From: an uncultured Planctomycetia bacterium
GTDB lineage: Bacteria > Omnitrophota > Gorgyraeia > JABMRG01 > JAFGKX01
Assembly (NCBI GenBank): GCA_964570585.1
Contig: CAZMYR010000008.1
Span: 1-56,234 of the forward strand
Direction of reading: 5' to 3'
DNA: 56,234 nt
Below, piece after piece: positions 18,327 to 28,199 of the stretch. The notes under the pieces are model-generated. The model was not told where the DNA came from and searched no databases. It saw only the letters and a list, made by a program, of their open reading frames with translations. Position 1 is the stretch's first letter; every line of letters starts with the position of its first letter. The position numbers and the translations under genes were made by a program.

Positions 18327-21104
18327 TTATATTCCTGTTCTGCGTGGTATTGCGTATCTATACTGTCTTACTTGAAAGGCTCTTTCTCCTCCTTCGAGTT
18401 CTAGCACTTTAGCACAGACGTTTTCGTCTGCAAAAGTTCCCGAAGTTTCTATGGAACATTTGGATTTAGATTCTACCGGGTCGTTTCTAACTTTTATCAG
18501 AAGTTCTGCATCAGCAAGCACAGGAATATTCGCATTATGTGATATAAGAAGAGTCTGGCGTTCGGTTTTTGAATCAAGTATTTTTGGCACTATTTTATTA
18601 ACAATATAGCTGTATCCGAGCTCATCTTCTGGCTGGTCGATTATAAGAGGCTCGTCTCTCACCATCAATGCCAAAGTTAAAATTGCAGAGCTCTGTTCTC
18701 CTGGTGAGAGCTCAGTTGTTAAATCTGCAAACACATTAGTTCCTTCGCGTTTAACGCTAATTTTGGGAATTGGCTCTAGATCAAAAACCTGAAGTTTGTG
18801 GAGAGACTTTATAGCACCTATAACGGTACACAAAACTTGTTGAGTATTATCAGTAATTCTGCAAGTTTCACAGAGCGTTGATGTTTTACCGTCTCCTTTT
18901 CTAAATTGCCCACTATTAGCAATTGCTTCCAGAAGTTGACCCGGAGAAATATTCTTAACTAAAAGGGTCAGCTGCTCGTCTCGTTTCTGTAATTTTCTAT
19001 CTTGAGAGGCTATTTCGGAGTAAATGCCTTTCATCAATTCTAAAAATGGGAGAAAACTAGGCTTTTCTAACTTAATCTGAATGTCGGGTCCTATAAACTT
19101 GTTAAGTTCGTCTATTTTGGATTTTCGTGAATCATTAATTACTGTACAGACTTGCCAAAATTGTTTTAGCAATGAATCTCTTGTTTGGTTCAGGCTTCTT
19201 ATTTGTTCTTCAGCATCCTTCAGCTTGGGTAAATCGTGTTTTTCTATTGCGTTGACTTGTGTTTGCAGTGTTCCTATTTTTTTTAGGAGTTGTTCTGGCG
19301 ATTCAAATCCTTTCTTCCTTAATGTTTTTGTTACATCTTTTTTGTGAGTATCATATTGAGTATCCCAATCCTGCAATAGCGGTGTTAATGATTTTTGTAG
19401 ACTTAAAAAGGCTGCGTTGATTTGACTTATCGCTGAAGAGACAGCTTTATTATAGTCGACGACAGCATCAGAAATGGATTTAAGTATTTTTGGTTGTACA
19501 ATTTCTTTCTTTTTGTATTCTGGTGATGGTATTGTTAGTTCATTTTTTAGTTCTTCCTGTGAAGATGCTTTTTCTTCAAATCCTTCAATAGCTGAGGTGA
19601 TATCTTCTATTATTCCCCTAGTATTTTCCCACAGATCGTTATCGGTTTCTTTTAAGTGCTCTTTATTTTGCTTTAATTCTTTCTTAAGGTCTTTTAAGCT
19701 GCCGACAGATCCAGTGAGCTTTTCCTTTTCATTGTATAGGTCAGCAAGGGACTCTGCATTCTGTTCTAAATTTCGTTTGAGTTCTTCTTTCTTTTTCCTT
19801 TGTTCTGAGAGACCCGCTAAATCGTCAATTAGAGAAAGTTGGGATTGCACGCTTTTACGTAATACACCAACGTGCCCTTGGCTGTAGATTTCTGGCAAAA
19901 ACGTAGTTTCTTCAGGCTCGGTGACGGGAATCAGTTCATCATTGGCTTCGTCATATTCAAAGACTTCGGGGCTACTATTGATTTCTATAATGTTCTCATC
20001 CATGTTATATTCAGGCACAAATTTTCTGTAGATACAGTACGTTTTATCATTTTTGGTAACGTACAAATTTACTTCGCCTTCTGGTTGGAGAATTGCGTTC
20101 AGTCGCCTTATTAAAAGGTCAAGCTCCTCTTGCCTGTTAATGCTCAAAACAGACAGGTCTCTTCCAAGAGCAAAGCTGATGAAATCAAAAACTGCTGTTT
20201 TACCCGAATGATTTTCTCCAAAAATGCATGTTAGTTCCTGCGAAAAGCTAATTTTTAAACCATCGAAAAATCCTCCCTTTGCTGTAAGACCGAGCAGTTT
20301 ATATTTTTTGTTTTTATCGGGCTTTAGCCGTGAAATACACGTTCTTGGCTCACAGGTTACTTGTCTGAGGCCGCGCACAGTTCGGCTACCAAGCTTAAGC
20401 CAGGTGCTTCCATTATTTATGTCGGCGGCGCATTTAACTTCGCCTGCGTTGATTGGAGACAATGAATAATCTGTTGAGGAGATTTTTGTGGCAGGTGTAC
20501 TTAAAAGGATGTACCTGTTATGCCAGGCGCCGTTATAGTGTCCAATAAATTTAACTTTATCTTCTGGGATTTGAATTAGGCCGATATTTCCTGATTCTAG
20601 CCAAGTCATTTTAGTAGCTATTTTTCTTGCACTATCAAGAAATCCTATATTTTCGGAAAAGGGATGAGGAACTATGGTTATTCCCTTGTTATCTGTTATG
20701 TCAGTTAGAACTTGGGAACATGTTTTATCTTTTACGGGAGTTTTATCAGAACCCTTGACTGGAATCTTCAGCGTTCCAAGAAAATGCGTCTGTTTTATTT
20801 CATCGAAATCTTCATCAAATATAGCTAGGATATGAGCCCCTTCTTCCAGGGTAATTTCAATACCCGGAAGAATGACAAGATCGGCCCCCTTTTTTTTCTT
20901 GACCGCATCTTGTACAAGTTTAACAAATTGGAAAGTGTTATGATCAGTAACAGCTATTAATGATATTCCCGCTTCAATTGCTTTTTCGACTATTTCGTCA
21001 GGATTTTGCCCTTTTGCATGCACATGCAAATTAACCTTGTACCACTGTGCACCAACTTTATTATCGAGGAAATACCGTAAATCAATTAATCTTTCTATAG
21101 TCAT
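18327..21104 (-). CDS. PHP phosphoesterase-ABC/SMC-like ATPase fusion (TrlF family; Ppl-like anti-phage protein)
   Basis: LHVH, VTDHN, GIEI, PHP motifs; Walker A GENHSGKT, coiled coil, LSPGE signature, IIDQPEDEL, ISHNANIPV. Confidence 0.85.
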   Translation of the reverse strand: MTIERLIDLRYFLDNKVGAQWYKVNLHVHAKGQNPDEIVEKAIEAGISLIAVTDHNTFQFVKLVQDAVKKKKGADLVILPGIEITLEEGAHILAIFDEDFDEIKQTHFLGTLKIPVKGSDKTPVKDKTCSQVLTDITDNKGITIVPHPFSENIGFLDSARKIATKMTWLESGNIGLIQIPEDKVKFIGHYNGAWHNRYILLSTPATKISSTDYSLSPINAGEVKCAADINNGSTWLKLGSRTVRGLRQVTCEPRTCISRLKPDKNKKYKLLGLTAKGGFFDGLKISFSQELTCIFGENHSGKTAVFDFISFALGRDLSVLSINRQEELDLLIRRLNAILQPEGEVNLYVTKNDKTYCIYRKFVPEYNMDENIIEINSSPEVFEYDEANDELIPVTEPEETTFLPEIYSQGHVGVLRKSVQSQLSLIDDLAGLSEQRKKKEELKRNLEQNAESLADLYNEKEKLTGSVGSLKDLKKELKQNKEHLKETDNDLWENTRGIIEDITSAIEGFEEKASSQEELKNELTIPSPEYKKKEIVQPKILKSISDAVVDYNKAVSSAISQINAAFLSLQKSLTPLLQDWDTQYDTHKKDVTKTLRKKGFESPEQLLKKIGTLQTQVNAIEKHDLPKLKDAEEQIRSLNQTRDSLLKQFWQVCTVINDSRKSKIDELNKFIGPDIQIKLEKPSFLPFLELMKGIYSEIASQDRKLQKRDEQLTLLVKNISPGQLLEAIANSGQFRKGDGKTSTLCETCRITDNTQQVLCTVIGAIKSLHKLQVFDLEPIPKISVKREGTNVFADLTTELSPGEQSSAILTLALMVRDEPLIIDQPEDELGYSYIVNKIVPKILDSKTERQTLLISHNANIPVLADAELLIKVRNDPVESKSKCSIETSGTFADENVCAKVLELEGGERAFQVRQYRYAIPRRTGI

Positions 21105-21176
21105 ATTTTTCTTCCTTACTTCCTTAACTCATACAAAGAAACCCATTCGTCAGGGGCGCGTTCACATGTCCATACT

Positions 21177-24100
21177 TTATGTATCATAATTCTCAACAAT
21201 TTTTATTTCCTTATCTGCAAGACCATATAATTTATAGACCATCTTATCGATTTGTTGTTCATAATTATAGACTTTGTCTTGCTTTTCAGTATTTTCAAAA
21301 TAATCATCTGATTTGGCAATTTCCAAAATTTTATCGACGATTTCTACAAACGGTCTTTTTTGGAATTTTGATGTTATTGGGGCCGGGAGATTATTTATCA
21401 TATCCTTTGTAAAGTTGATGCCTTCATTGTAACTCGATGCCTGATATTTTTCCTTTATAAAAAAAGATGCTAATTTACTATTTAAAATGGATAATAAAAA
21501 TTTTAACTCATTTATATCATCATGGGCAACGATTAAAGTTGACTTTCCCGGTATAACATTTCCATCAAAATCTAAACAAGCATCCAGCAAAGTCAATCCT
21601 TTTATTATTATTTTAAATCCTACTGATTTTTTTGCATAAGAACTTTTAAATAAATTAAAAAAATCTTGTTTATTTACAATTGGATAAAGATATTTATTCT
21701 TTAAATAAGTCATTTCTTGACTGCCCCATTTTGATGCATATTTCCCAATTGTTCCTGTATTTATTATTTTCAGGTGTTTATTTCTATCAAACTTATTTTT
21801 TGATAACTCTTTGATAAGTGGTTTTAATTTATAAGCATCGGATGTCGCACACGCACTTTCGCAATTAAATGAATCAAATATTTTATTAGGAATGGCTCCC
21901 ATCTTAATTAGAAGGTCTAGATTATTAGAAAACAGAAAATCAAGTGCAAAGGGAGGTTTTAATATTTTTTTATTTAACTCTTTCTTAAAAACAATTTGAT
22001 TATTTTCAAAATTAAATATTTTTAACTTTTCACAGCAGTTTTGTTTAAAAAATGATATTATAGAATCGACTTTTGAACTTTCGAATATCTCTCTACCAGC
22101 TTTAAAAATAGTATATATATTTTTAATTGTATATTTTCTAAGTTCATCTCCAAAAGGTTTTGATATCCATTTGTCAGGAGTAATGAAGGTTAATACACCG
22201 TTCGTATTCAAAATTCTAAAGCCAAGTTCAAAAAAAGCTATGTAAATATCCCAATTCCCCTTTGTCATCGTATAAGTTTTAACAATATGTTCACGAAGGG
22301 CTATCTGTCCGCTATTGACCATTCTCTCAGAATCAATATATGGTGGATTAGCAATAACTATATCAAACCCTCTTTTCACCCCAAACATCCACTCTGGACC
22401 AAACCATCCACAAGAATCGAATGAGAATGGATCCCATTGGCACAGTTTAAGGGTCCGGGAATCCTTCACTCCCCAGTTTAAACTATGTTTAAACATTCTA
22501 CTCTGAGTCTCTCTAAATTTCTTTTCAACTGCCTCTTTTTCTTCACCATAACTTCTTAAGTATTCATCGCGAAGATTCTTTAGCAAATCTATGTCGTCGG
22601 TAGCTTCAAACAGGGTTTGTTGTGCTTCTTTTTTTGGTAATCCTACAAGGCTATTTGCGCAAACAAACTTAAACTCCAAATTTGGAAGCGGTTCTATGCC
22701 TCTATTCTCTTTTGAATCATCCACTTTGTCATCCACAATCAGGGATAAGAAAAATCGCAATTTTGAAATATCTACAGCGATCGGTTGAATATCAATCCCA
22801 TAAATAGAACTTTGAATAATACCAAGCTTATGCACATAATCCCAATTTTGCTGTTTAAGTTTCTTTTCAAGTTCCTTTTTCAAGAGTTTATTGTCTATTT
22901 GTGCTAATTTTTTAATAAGCCACTTTCTAGATTCAGGATCAATTTTTTGCAGAATCAAAAGCATCTTTTGAAGTATTCCTATGGGAAAAGCCCCACTCCC
23001 GCAAGCAGGATCAATGATTTTTATAGTATCTAATGCATTAAGTACTTTGTCTTTCTCGGAATCTGTTAAATCAACTTGTTCTTGTTCATAGGCAAGTAAA
23101 GAAGCTATTTTATCCTCACGTAACTTTGCCTTATTAAGCAAATAGTGCTTGAGGCTTTCATCAACCATATATTCTACAATGGGTCTAGGTGTATAATAGC
23201 TTCCGGTAGCTTTCCTCGCTGTTTCGCCTGTTTCAGGGTTAATTTCTGCTAATAAATTCTCAAAAATTCTACCAAGCATTTCAGGTTCTATTGCAAGTTC
23301 AACATCCATAGATGTATTTTCATCAATAGTAAAATTATAGGTTTCGAAAATCTCAAATAGATCTTCAAACCATTCGTCTGGTATTTTCAGCGTATTAATA
23401 TGTTTTGAAATTCCAAGTGGGCCGGGATCAAAAAAATCATGAATGTGTGGCGTAAAAAGACCGCCGTTTAGGAAAGGAATTTTTGCCCAAAGACTATTGC
23501 GATGCTCCTTTCTACGTTTATCAATCGGCGTATTTAGAACTTCGAAAAAGAGAGGCTCCAATACTTTATGATAATAAGCTTTATTTTTTGGAATTACTTC
23601 TGATGATAATAACCTTTCTGGCAGTAGAGAAACGCCAGCACTGGAACGTTTTTTCTTTAAAAACCAACAAAAAACCAACCTTCCAATTAATCTGACCGAA
23701 AATTCTTTCTTTAATGTATCGTCAGAAGTTGATGGCAATCGGAGGCTACCTTTTTCGTCGAACTGAGTTCTACCAATAGTTCTTTTCCCTCCCGCTAACT
23801 TTGTAAAAAGAATGGCTATCCGTGTATAGAACTCCTTATTGACTACTTCTATAGAAAACCTATTTTTTAGGTCTTCGAAATCCTTAACCCTACCTAATTT
23901 AAGTAAGTATTCTTCAGGAGTATGAGTTTTTGTGTCCGGGCCTAAAAAGAAAGAATATCTACGAGGATTAGAGTATTCTTTCTTAACTCTCCGCCCTTCC
24001 TCCCACTTTAAATCGATAGTAACAAGCGATAACCTATAGTTAGATGAATTTTTAGAGATAAACAGAATTAATGCTTTTTTTACACCATATTGTGATAGGA

Positions 24101-24335
24101 AGCGAAAAGAATCTCTAGAAAGGGAAACTCGAGGGTCATTCTCTGACCGATGCTTTGCCTCATATACAGATAGGTCGAGAGAGGGCACTTCCCCTAGTTT
24201 AGTAATGTTTTCGATGAAGTGAGTCTGAAAATTAATTTCGATCTTCTCTTTGCAAGATTCAAAGTCCTCCGGCAAGAAATAGCTTTGGAAAAAATCTACA
24301 TAACCATCTAAATTATAAGGTGCCTTAAAATTCAT
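21177..24335 (-). CDS. Large N6-adenine DNA methyltransferase with C-terminal target-recognition domain (Eco57I/type IIG-like)
   Basis: GSYYTP, DPACGSGAF, GIDIQ, NPPY motifs; TaqI_C-like C-terminus. Confidence 0.9.
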   Translation of the reverse strand: MNFKAPYNLDGYVDFFQSYFLPEDFESCKEKIEINFQTHFIENITKLGEVPSLDLSVYEAKHRSENDPRVSLSRDSFRFLSQYGVKKALILFISKNSSNYRLSLVTIDLKWEEGRRVKKEYSNPRRYSFFLGPDTKTHTPEEYLLKLGRVKDFEDLKNRFSIEVVNKEFYTRIAILFTKLAGGKRTIGRTQFDEKGSLRLPSTSDDTLKKEFSVRLIGRLVFCWFLKKKRSSAGVSLLPERLLSSEVIPKNKAYYHKVLEPLFFEVLNTPIDKRRKEHRNSLWAKIPFLNGGLFTPHIHDFFDPGPLGISKHINTLKIPDEWFEDLFEIFETYNFTIDENTSMDVELAIEPEMLGRIFENLLAEINPETGETARKATGSYYTPRPIVEYMVDESLKHYLLNKAKLREDKIASLLAYEQEQVDLTDSEKDKVLNALDTIKIIDPACGSGAFPIGILQKMLLILQKIDPESRKWLIKKLAQIDNKLLKKELEKKLKQQNWDYVHKLGIIQSSIYGIDIQPIAVDISKLRFFLSLIVDDKVDDSKENRGIEPLPNLEFKFVCANSLVGLPKKEAQQTLFEATDDIDLLKNLRDEYLRSYGEEKEAVEKKFRETQSRMFKHSLNWGVKDSRTLKLCQWDPFSFDSCGWFGPEWMFGVKRGFDIVIANPPYIDSERMVNSGQIALREHIVKTYTMTKGNWDIYIAFFELGFRILNTNGVLTFITPDKWISKPFGDELRKYTIKNIYTIFKAGREIFESSKVDSIISFFKQNCCEKLKIFNFENNQIVFKKELNKKILKPPFALDFLFSNNLDLLIKMGAIPNKIFDSFNCESACATSDAYKLKPLIKELSKNKFDRNKHLKIINTGTIGKYASKWGSQEMTYLKNKYLYPIVNKQDFFNLFKSSYAKKSVGFKIIIKGLTLLDACLDFDGNVIPGKSTLIVAHDDINELKFLLSILNSKLASFFIKEKYQASSYNEGINFTKDMINNLPAPITSKFQKRPFVEIVDKILEIAKSDDYFENTEKQDKVYNYEQQIDKMVYKLYGLADKEIKIVENYDT

Positions 24336-24338
24336 AAC

Positions 24339-27300
24339 TTAAATTAGCTCTTCTGATAAAATTAACGACTCTTTGCCCTCTTCGATCTTCCTTTCTCTCT
24401 CGATAATATCCAAAAGATATCTATGCGGGACTTCTTTTTGTAGATGCTTAACAGCATCATTAATATTTTTAAATTCAACTGCCCGTATAATTTTCGCATA
24501 TCTATCAGGCAAACTATCCAATTTTTTTAACACATGCAAAAGATCCTCTAGGTAATCTATCTTCTTGGGTAACTTTGATTTTAAGGCCTCGACTTTGCTT
24601 ATTGCTTCCTGCTTTCCGCGATCTAAAGCCACTTCTTTTATCTGAGAAAATAGTTTTTCTTTAACCTTTTGGTATATGTCATCAAATGATTCGCTCGTTT
24701 TTTCTGCCTCTTCCGAAATCTTTGCTTCAAATAATCTAAGAGCTTCATGTACACTTAAAGATATGGGCTCTTCTACTTTAGAACCAAACTTGAATGCATG
24801 CTCCTCACCCTTTTTCCCAAAAATGACTACGCCCTTTTTATCTTTTTTCTGAGTTCGTTTAATCCTAGCTCTTCTTGATATCTTCATAACCTCTTTAATA
24901 AGTTCAGGTTGCGATTTACGCAATTTCTTTATAAAATTCTCATATTGTGTTTCCGGCGATAATTCTTCTTGAGCACTAAGTGCGTCTTGGAATTGTTTGA
25001 CAAAGAATGACTGAAGTTCCTCATCTTTTGTAAGCACTTTTGTATCCTCACCAAAAAGAGCGTGAACCATTGCTAATTTCAAAGTAGAAATCTGCCTAAC
25101 TCTTGTTTCTCTTTCGCCTGTAGCCGTTGGGAAAAAGTTATAAATAAAAAGCTCATCAAATACCTTTTTGTTAATACGGTTAATGCGTCCGACCCGCTGG
25201 ATCACTCTGGTTGGATTATAGGGAATATCGTAATTAAAAATTATGCCTGCTCTATGCAAGTTAAACCCTTCAGATATTGCATCAGTAGCTATTAATACAT
25301 CATATTCATTTTTCTGGGTTCTAAAACCAGCATCGAAATTTTCTTTTATAGTTCTTTTATTTTTTTCACTAGCGTCAGTTGCTGAATATTTAAAGACTCT
25401 TGTTCCATCTTTTAATTCTTTAAATAAGTACTCAGCTGTATCAGCAAATTCAGTAAAAACCACTATCTTCCTTTCAGGATCTTTTTTTAGCTTTTCTTTC
25501 ACTATTCCAGAAAAATGTTTGAGTTTCGGATCCTCGGGAAACCCCTTCCCAAACCATTTCTTGCGAATGTCCTTAAGAGTTTTGATATCCTTTTTTACGT
25601 CATCAATAAATGCCTTTCTCACTTCTTTTTTATCAATAAGCCATAGACCTTTTTCTTTATATTCCTCTAGTTCCTTATCGAAAATAAGATCCCTGAGCTC
25701 CTCGTCAATATCTTCACCAACGGTCTCTAAAAGGGAATCTAAATCGGGCAATTTTCCACTCTTGTAAATAGGAATCTTGCCTAGTTTCTCATACCATTCA
25801 CATATAAGTTCGGATTGATAAATAATAGAATCCAGGGTTCTCTGAAATGCATAAATTGAACTCTCAAAACGGCGGACAAGTAGACGCCTCATGAACAAAG
25901 CCAAGTTAATCTGTGATTGGCGCAATAGGTTTTCGTCAACGCCCATTTCCCGGGCAATCCTTTCCCGGTATTTCTCAAAGTTTTTGATATAACTTGTTGG
26001 TTTATATCGAGCGCCTATAAAACCTTCTTCCTCTTCATCTTCAGGAGCAATAGTTTCAAGGGTTTCTTCGTAAAGATCGCTTAAATCCTCTAAATCATAG
26101 TCTAAAAGCTCTGGGGGATTAACCACGGGAAAGGATATTTTTTTACGCCTCAAATCTTCTCTGTATTCATCTATCCCTTCAAGGTCCAAACGAGAACGAC
26201 GTATTACTAAAGGCGAAATAATATCACGGATTTCCTCTGCAACTTTCTTTACACGTTCTGCAATAGCCGCAGCGCTTTCTTTCTTCGTCTTCTGTATTTC
26301 TTTGATTTGTTTGTATTCGGCAACAAGTTTTTTAAATTGGTAGGATAAGTTGTCAACGGTCTGGATAGTCGACCTAGTTGGTATCTGGAATAACTTAATC
26401 ATTGAAAAAACATCTTGGGGACGATTATTAAAAGGGGTAGCCGACAATAGCATAATTTTATTGCGCTGGCAAAGTTTATGTAGATTTGCGTAATCAATTG
26501 TTAGCTCATTCCTATATTTATGCGCTTCATCAATAATAATTAACTTTTCTTCTTCCTGATTATTTTCTTCCAGAGCTTGTTCAATTTTGCCGCTACTATA
26601 TACCTTAGCATGGAATTCAAAATCATATCTATAGTCGTCCCATTGCGCCTTTAGGTGAGGTGGAACAATTATAATAGATTTGAGGTTAAGATTATGTGCT
26701 ACGGCAGAAGCAATAATACTTTTTCCCAGCCCAACGACATCCGCTATAATAACACCATCGTGTCTTTGCAGTATGTCTATTGTTCTTTTGATCGCATCTT
26801 CTTGGTATTTTAGATTTACATATTGTCCTCTTGTAATCTCAGCAGGTAATTTCAAGAAATCCTTTTTATGTTCGGCAAAATATTCTTCTAATACCCTTAC
26901 ATACATCAAAAAAGGTTTAGGCACTTTATCAATCCAAACTTTTTCAACAACATTATATAGGAACCCTTCAATGTTATCTTTATCTACAATAGTGACTGCT
27001 TTTTTCCACAATTCATCGAAAATTTTATATGCCTCATTATAATTGTGCTTATCTCTTGAGATTATATTTATCTCAAACTGTCCTCTTAGTCCAGCTCTTG
27101 TAAAATTGCTAGACCCAGTAATAATAGTACCGGGATATTCACCGCCCTGATTGAATTCTTTCTTATTCTCAAAAATATACAATTTGGCATGATTTGGCTG
27201 AAGTGTTTTCTTGATTTCTAACGATCCATCTTTTATTTTCTTGAGGAATAGCCTAAATGCCTCCTGCTTCTCTTTTGAATCAAAAAAGTCAGTATCATTG

Positions 27301-27584
27301 AAAAGACTGATAAGAGATTTATAGTAATCATCCCGCAGCTTCCCTCTAGGGCCACTTACTTCCTGAATGATTTCTACCTCTTTAATCTTGTTAGCTAAAT
27401 CATGCTCAATCTCTAAGCCAACCAGAATCTTTATTTCTTTATCCTCAACTCGTTTATATATCTCTTCAAATCCGGAGAAATAGAAGTAACCTATCAAAAA
27501 ATAAAGCTTGCGGGAAGAAGGAAGAATGTTGTTTACAACATCTGCAAGTAGCCTCTTTTGGTTTGTTATAAATTGAATACTCAT
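24339..27584 (-). CDS. PLD-nuclease-SNF2 helicase fusion
   Basis: HAKLYI and GSSNFT (PLD); ADVVGLGKS, DEAH, SAT, FTEFADTA, TDAISEGFNL, QRVGRINR (SF2 motifs). Confidence 0.9.
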   Translation of the reverse strand: MSIQFITNQKRLLADVVNNILPSSRKLYFLIGYFYFSGFEEIYKRVEDKEIKILVGLEIEHDLANKIKEVEIIQEVSGPRGKLRDDYYKSLISLFNDTDFFDSKEKQEAFRLFLKKIKDGSLEIKKTLQPNHAKLYIFENKKEFNQGGEYPGTIITGSSNFTRAGLRGQFEINIISRDKHNYNEAYKIFDELWKKAVTIVDKDNIEGFLYNVVEKVWIDKVPKPFLMYVRVLEEYFAEHKKDFLKLPAEITRGQYVNLKYQEDAIKRTIDILQRHDGVIIADVVGLGKSIIASAVAHNLNLKSIIIVPPHLKAQWDDYRYDFEFHAKVYSSGKIEQALEENNQEEEKLIIIDEAHKYRNELTIDYANLHKLCQRNKIMLLSATPFNNRPQDVFSMIKLFQIPTRSTIQTVDNLSYQFKKLVAEYKQIKEIQKTKKESAAAIAERVKKVAEEIRDIISPLVIRRSRLDLEGIDEYREDLRRKKISFPVVNPPELLDYDLEDLSDLYEETLETIAPEDEEEEGFIGARYKPTSYIKNFEKYRERIAREMGVDENLLRQSQINLALFMRRLLVRRFESSIYAFQRTLDSIIYQSELICEWYEKLGKIPIYKSGKLPDLDSLLETVGEDIDEELRDLIFDKELEEYKEKGLWLIDKKEVRKAFIDDVKKDIKTLKDIRKKWFGKGFPEDPKLKHFSGIVKEKLKKDPERKIVVFTEFADTAEYLFKELKDGTRVFKYSATDASEKNKRTIKENFDAGFRTQKNEYDVLIATDAISEGFNLHRAGIIFNYDIPYNPTRVIQRVGRINRINKKVFDELFIYNFFPTATGERETRVRQISTLKLAMVHALFGEDTKVLTKDEELQSFFVKQFQDALSAQEELSPETQYENFIKKLRKSQPELIKEVMKISRRARIKRTQKKDKKGVVIFGKKGEEHAFKFGSKVEEPISLSVHEALRLFEAKISEEAEKTSESFDDIYQKVKEKLFSQIKEVALDRGKQEAISKVEALKSKLPKKIDYLEDLLHVLKKLDSLPDRYAKIIRAVEFKNINDAVKHLQKEVPHRYLLDIIERERKIEEGKESLILSEELI

Positions 27585-27683
27585 AATATCTCCAAATTGT
27601 TTATTCGTCCTCGCTTCAATAAATTCCTCTAAATCCTCCTGTTTAATCCGCCATTTACCGATTTTCGTAGCTTTAATTTCTTT
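27585..27683 (-). pseudogene. C-terminal remnant of a second HTH_17 gene, in frame with the helicase start
   Basis: KEIKATKIGKWRIKQEDLEEFIEARTNK; no in-frame start, TAG upstream. Confidence 0.6.
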
Positions 27684-27846
27684 TACCTTGGTTTTTTCTC
27701 CAATCTTCTATCTCCTCAGTATCAAATCTCCACTGGTCGCCAACTTTAAAGCCCGGGATTTTACCGGCCCGGGCTAGTCTTTTTACTGTATAGGGGTGAA
27801 CCCTTAGGTATTTTGCGATTTCTTCCGCAGTATAGGTTCCAGTCAT
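27673..27846 (-). CDS. 57-aa excisionase-family HTH_17 protein (not in ORF track)
   Basis: MTGTYTAEEIAKYLRVHPYTVKRLARAGKIPGFKVGDQWRFDTEEIEDWRKNQGKRN; AAGGAG RBS. Confidence 0.85.
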   Translation of the reverse strand: MTGTYTAEEIAKYLRVHPYTVKRLARAGKIPGFKVGDQWRFDTEEIEDWRKNQGKRN

Positions 27847-27953
27847 TGTGGTACTAACTCCTTATGGGCGGGTGTTCAAGATGTGTCGTATTATATCACC
27901 CCCTTTTAATGTTGGCAACCTTTTTTTGGCTACTTGTCTGGCCGCAGCACGAC

Positions 27954-28199
27954 TTACGAAAACTTCTTGCTCCAGTAGTATTCAGATATTTTGATTGAGA
28001 TTGCTTCACTGCGTTCGCAATGACGACAATTAGGTTTTTTTCGCTTAATTTTAGCAATCCAGGCTTTGGGGAACCAGTTTTTTTGTTTGTTAAACATAAC
28101 CAAAATGGCTTTTGGGGTTTCTTTGATAAGGATAACGTCTATCCAGATGTAGTCATAGAAACCTATTGGGGTATTGAGGTGTTGGAATATGTTAAACAT
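27954..28199 (-). CDS. Hypothetical protein with an embedded repeat
   Basis: Overlaps the upstream stop; ETPKAILV..WFPK motif typical of phage/mobile small proteins; RHCERSEAIS is repeat-derived. Confidence 0.6.
   Translation of the reverse strand: MFNIFQHLNTPIGFYDYIWIDVILIKETPKAILVMFNKQKNWFPKAWIAKIKRKKPNCRHCERSEAISIKISEYYWSKKFS
27997..28025. repeat. Half copy of a GTCATTGCGAG...GCAATC-type palindromic element
   Basis: CGTCATTGCGAACGCAGTGAAGCAATCTC on the minus strand. Confidence 0.65.

Noticed and set aside
21177-27584. Calling the MTase/helicase pair BREX, full DISARM or type I/III R-M
   Set aside because: PglZ/BrxC, DrmA/DrmB and HsdS/HsdR are absent, and the motor has SNF2 motifs.
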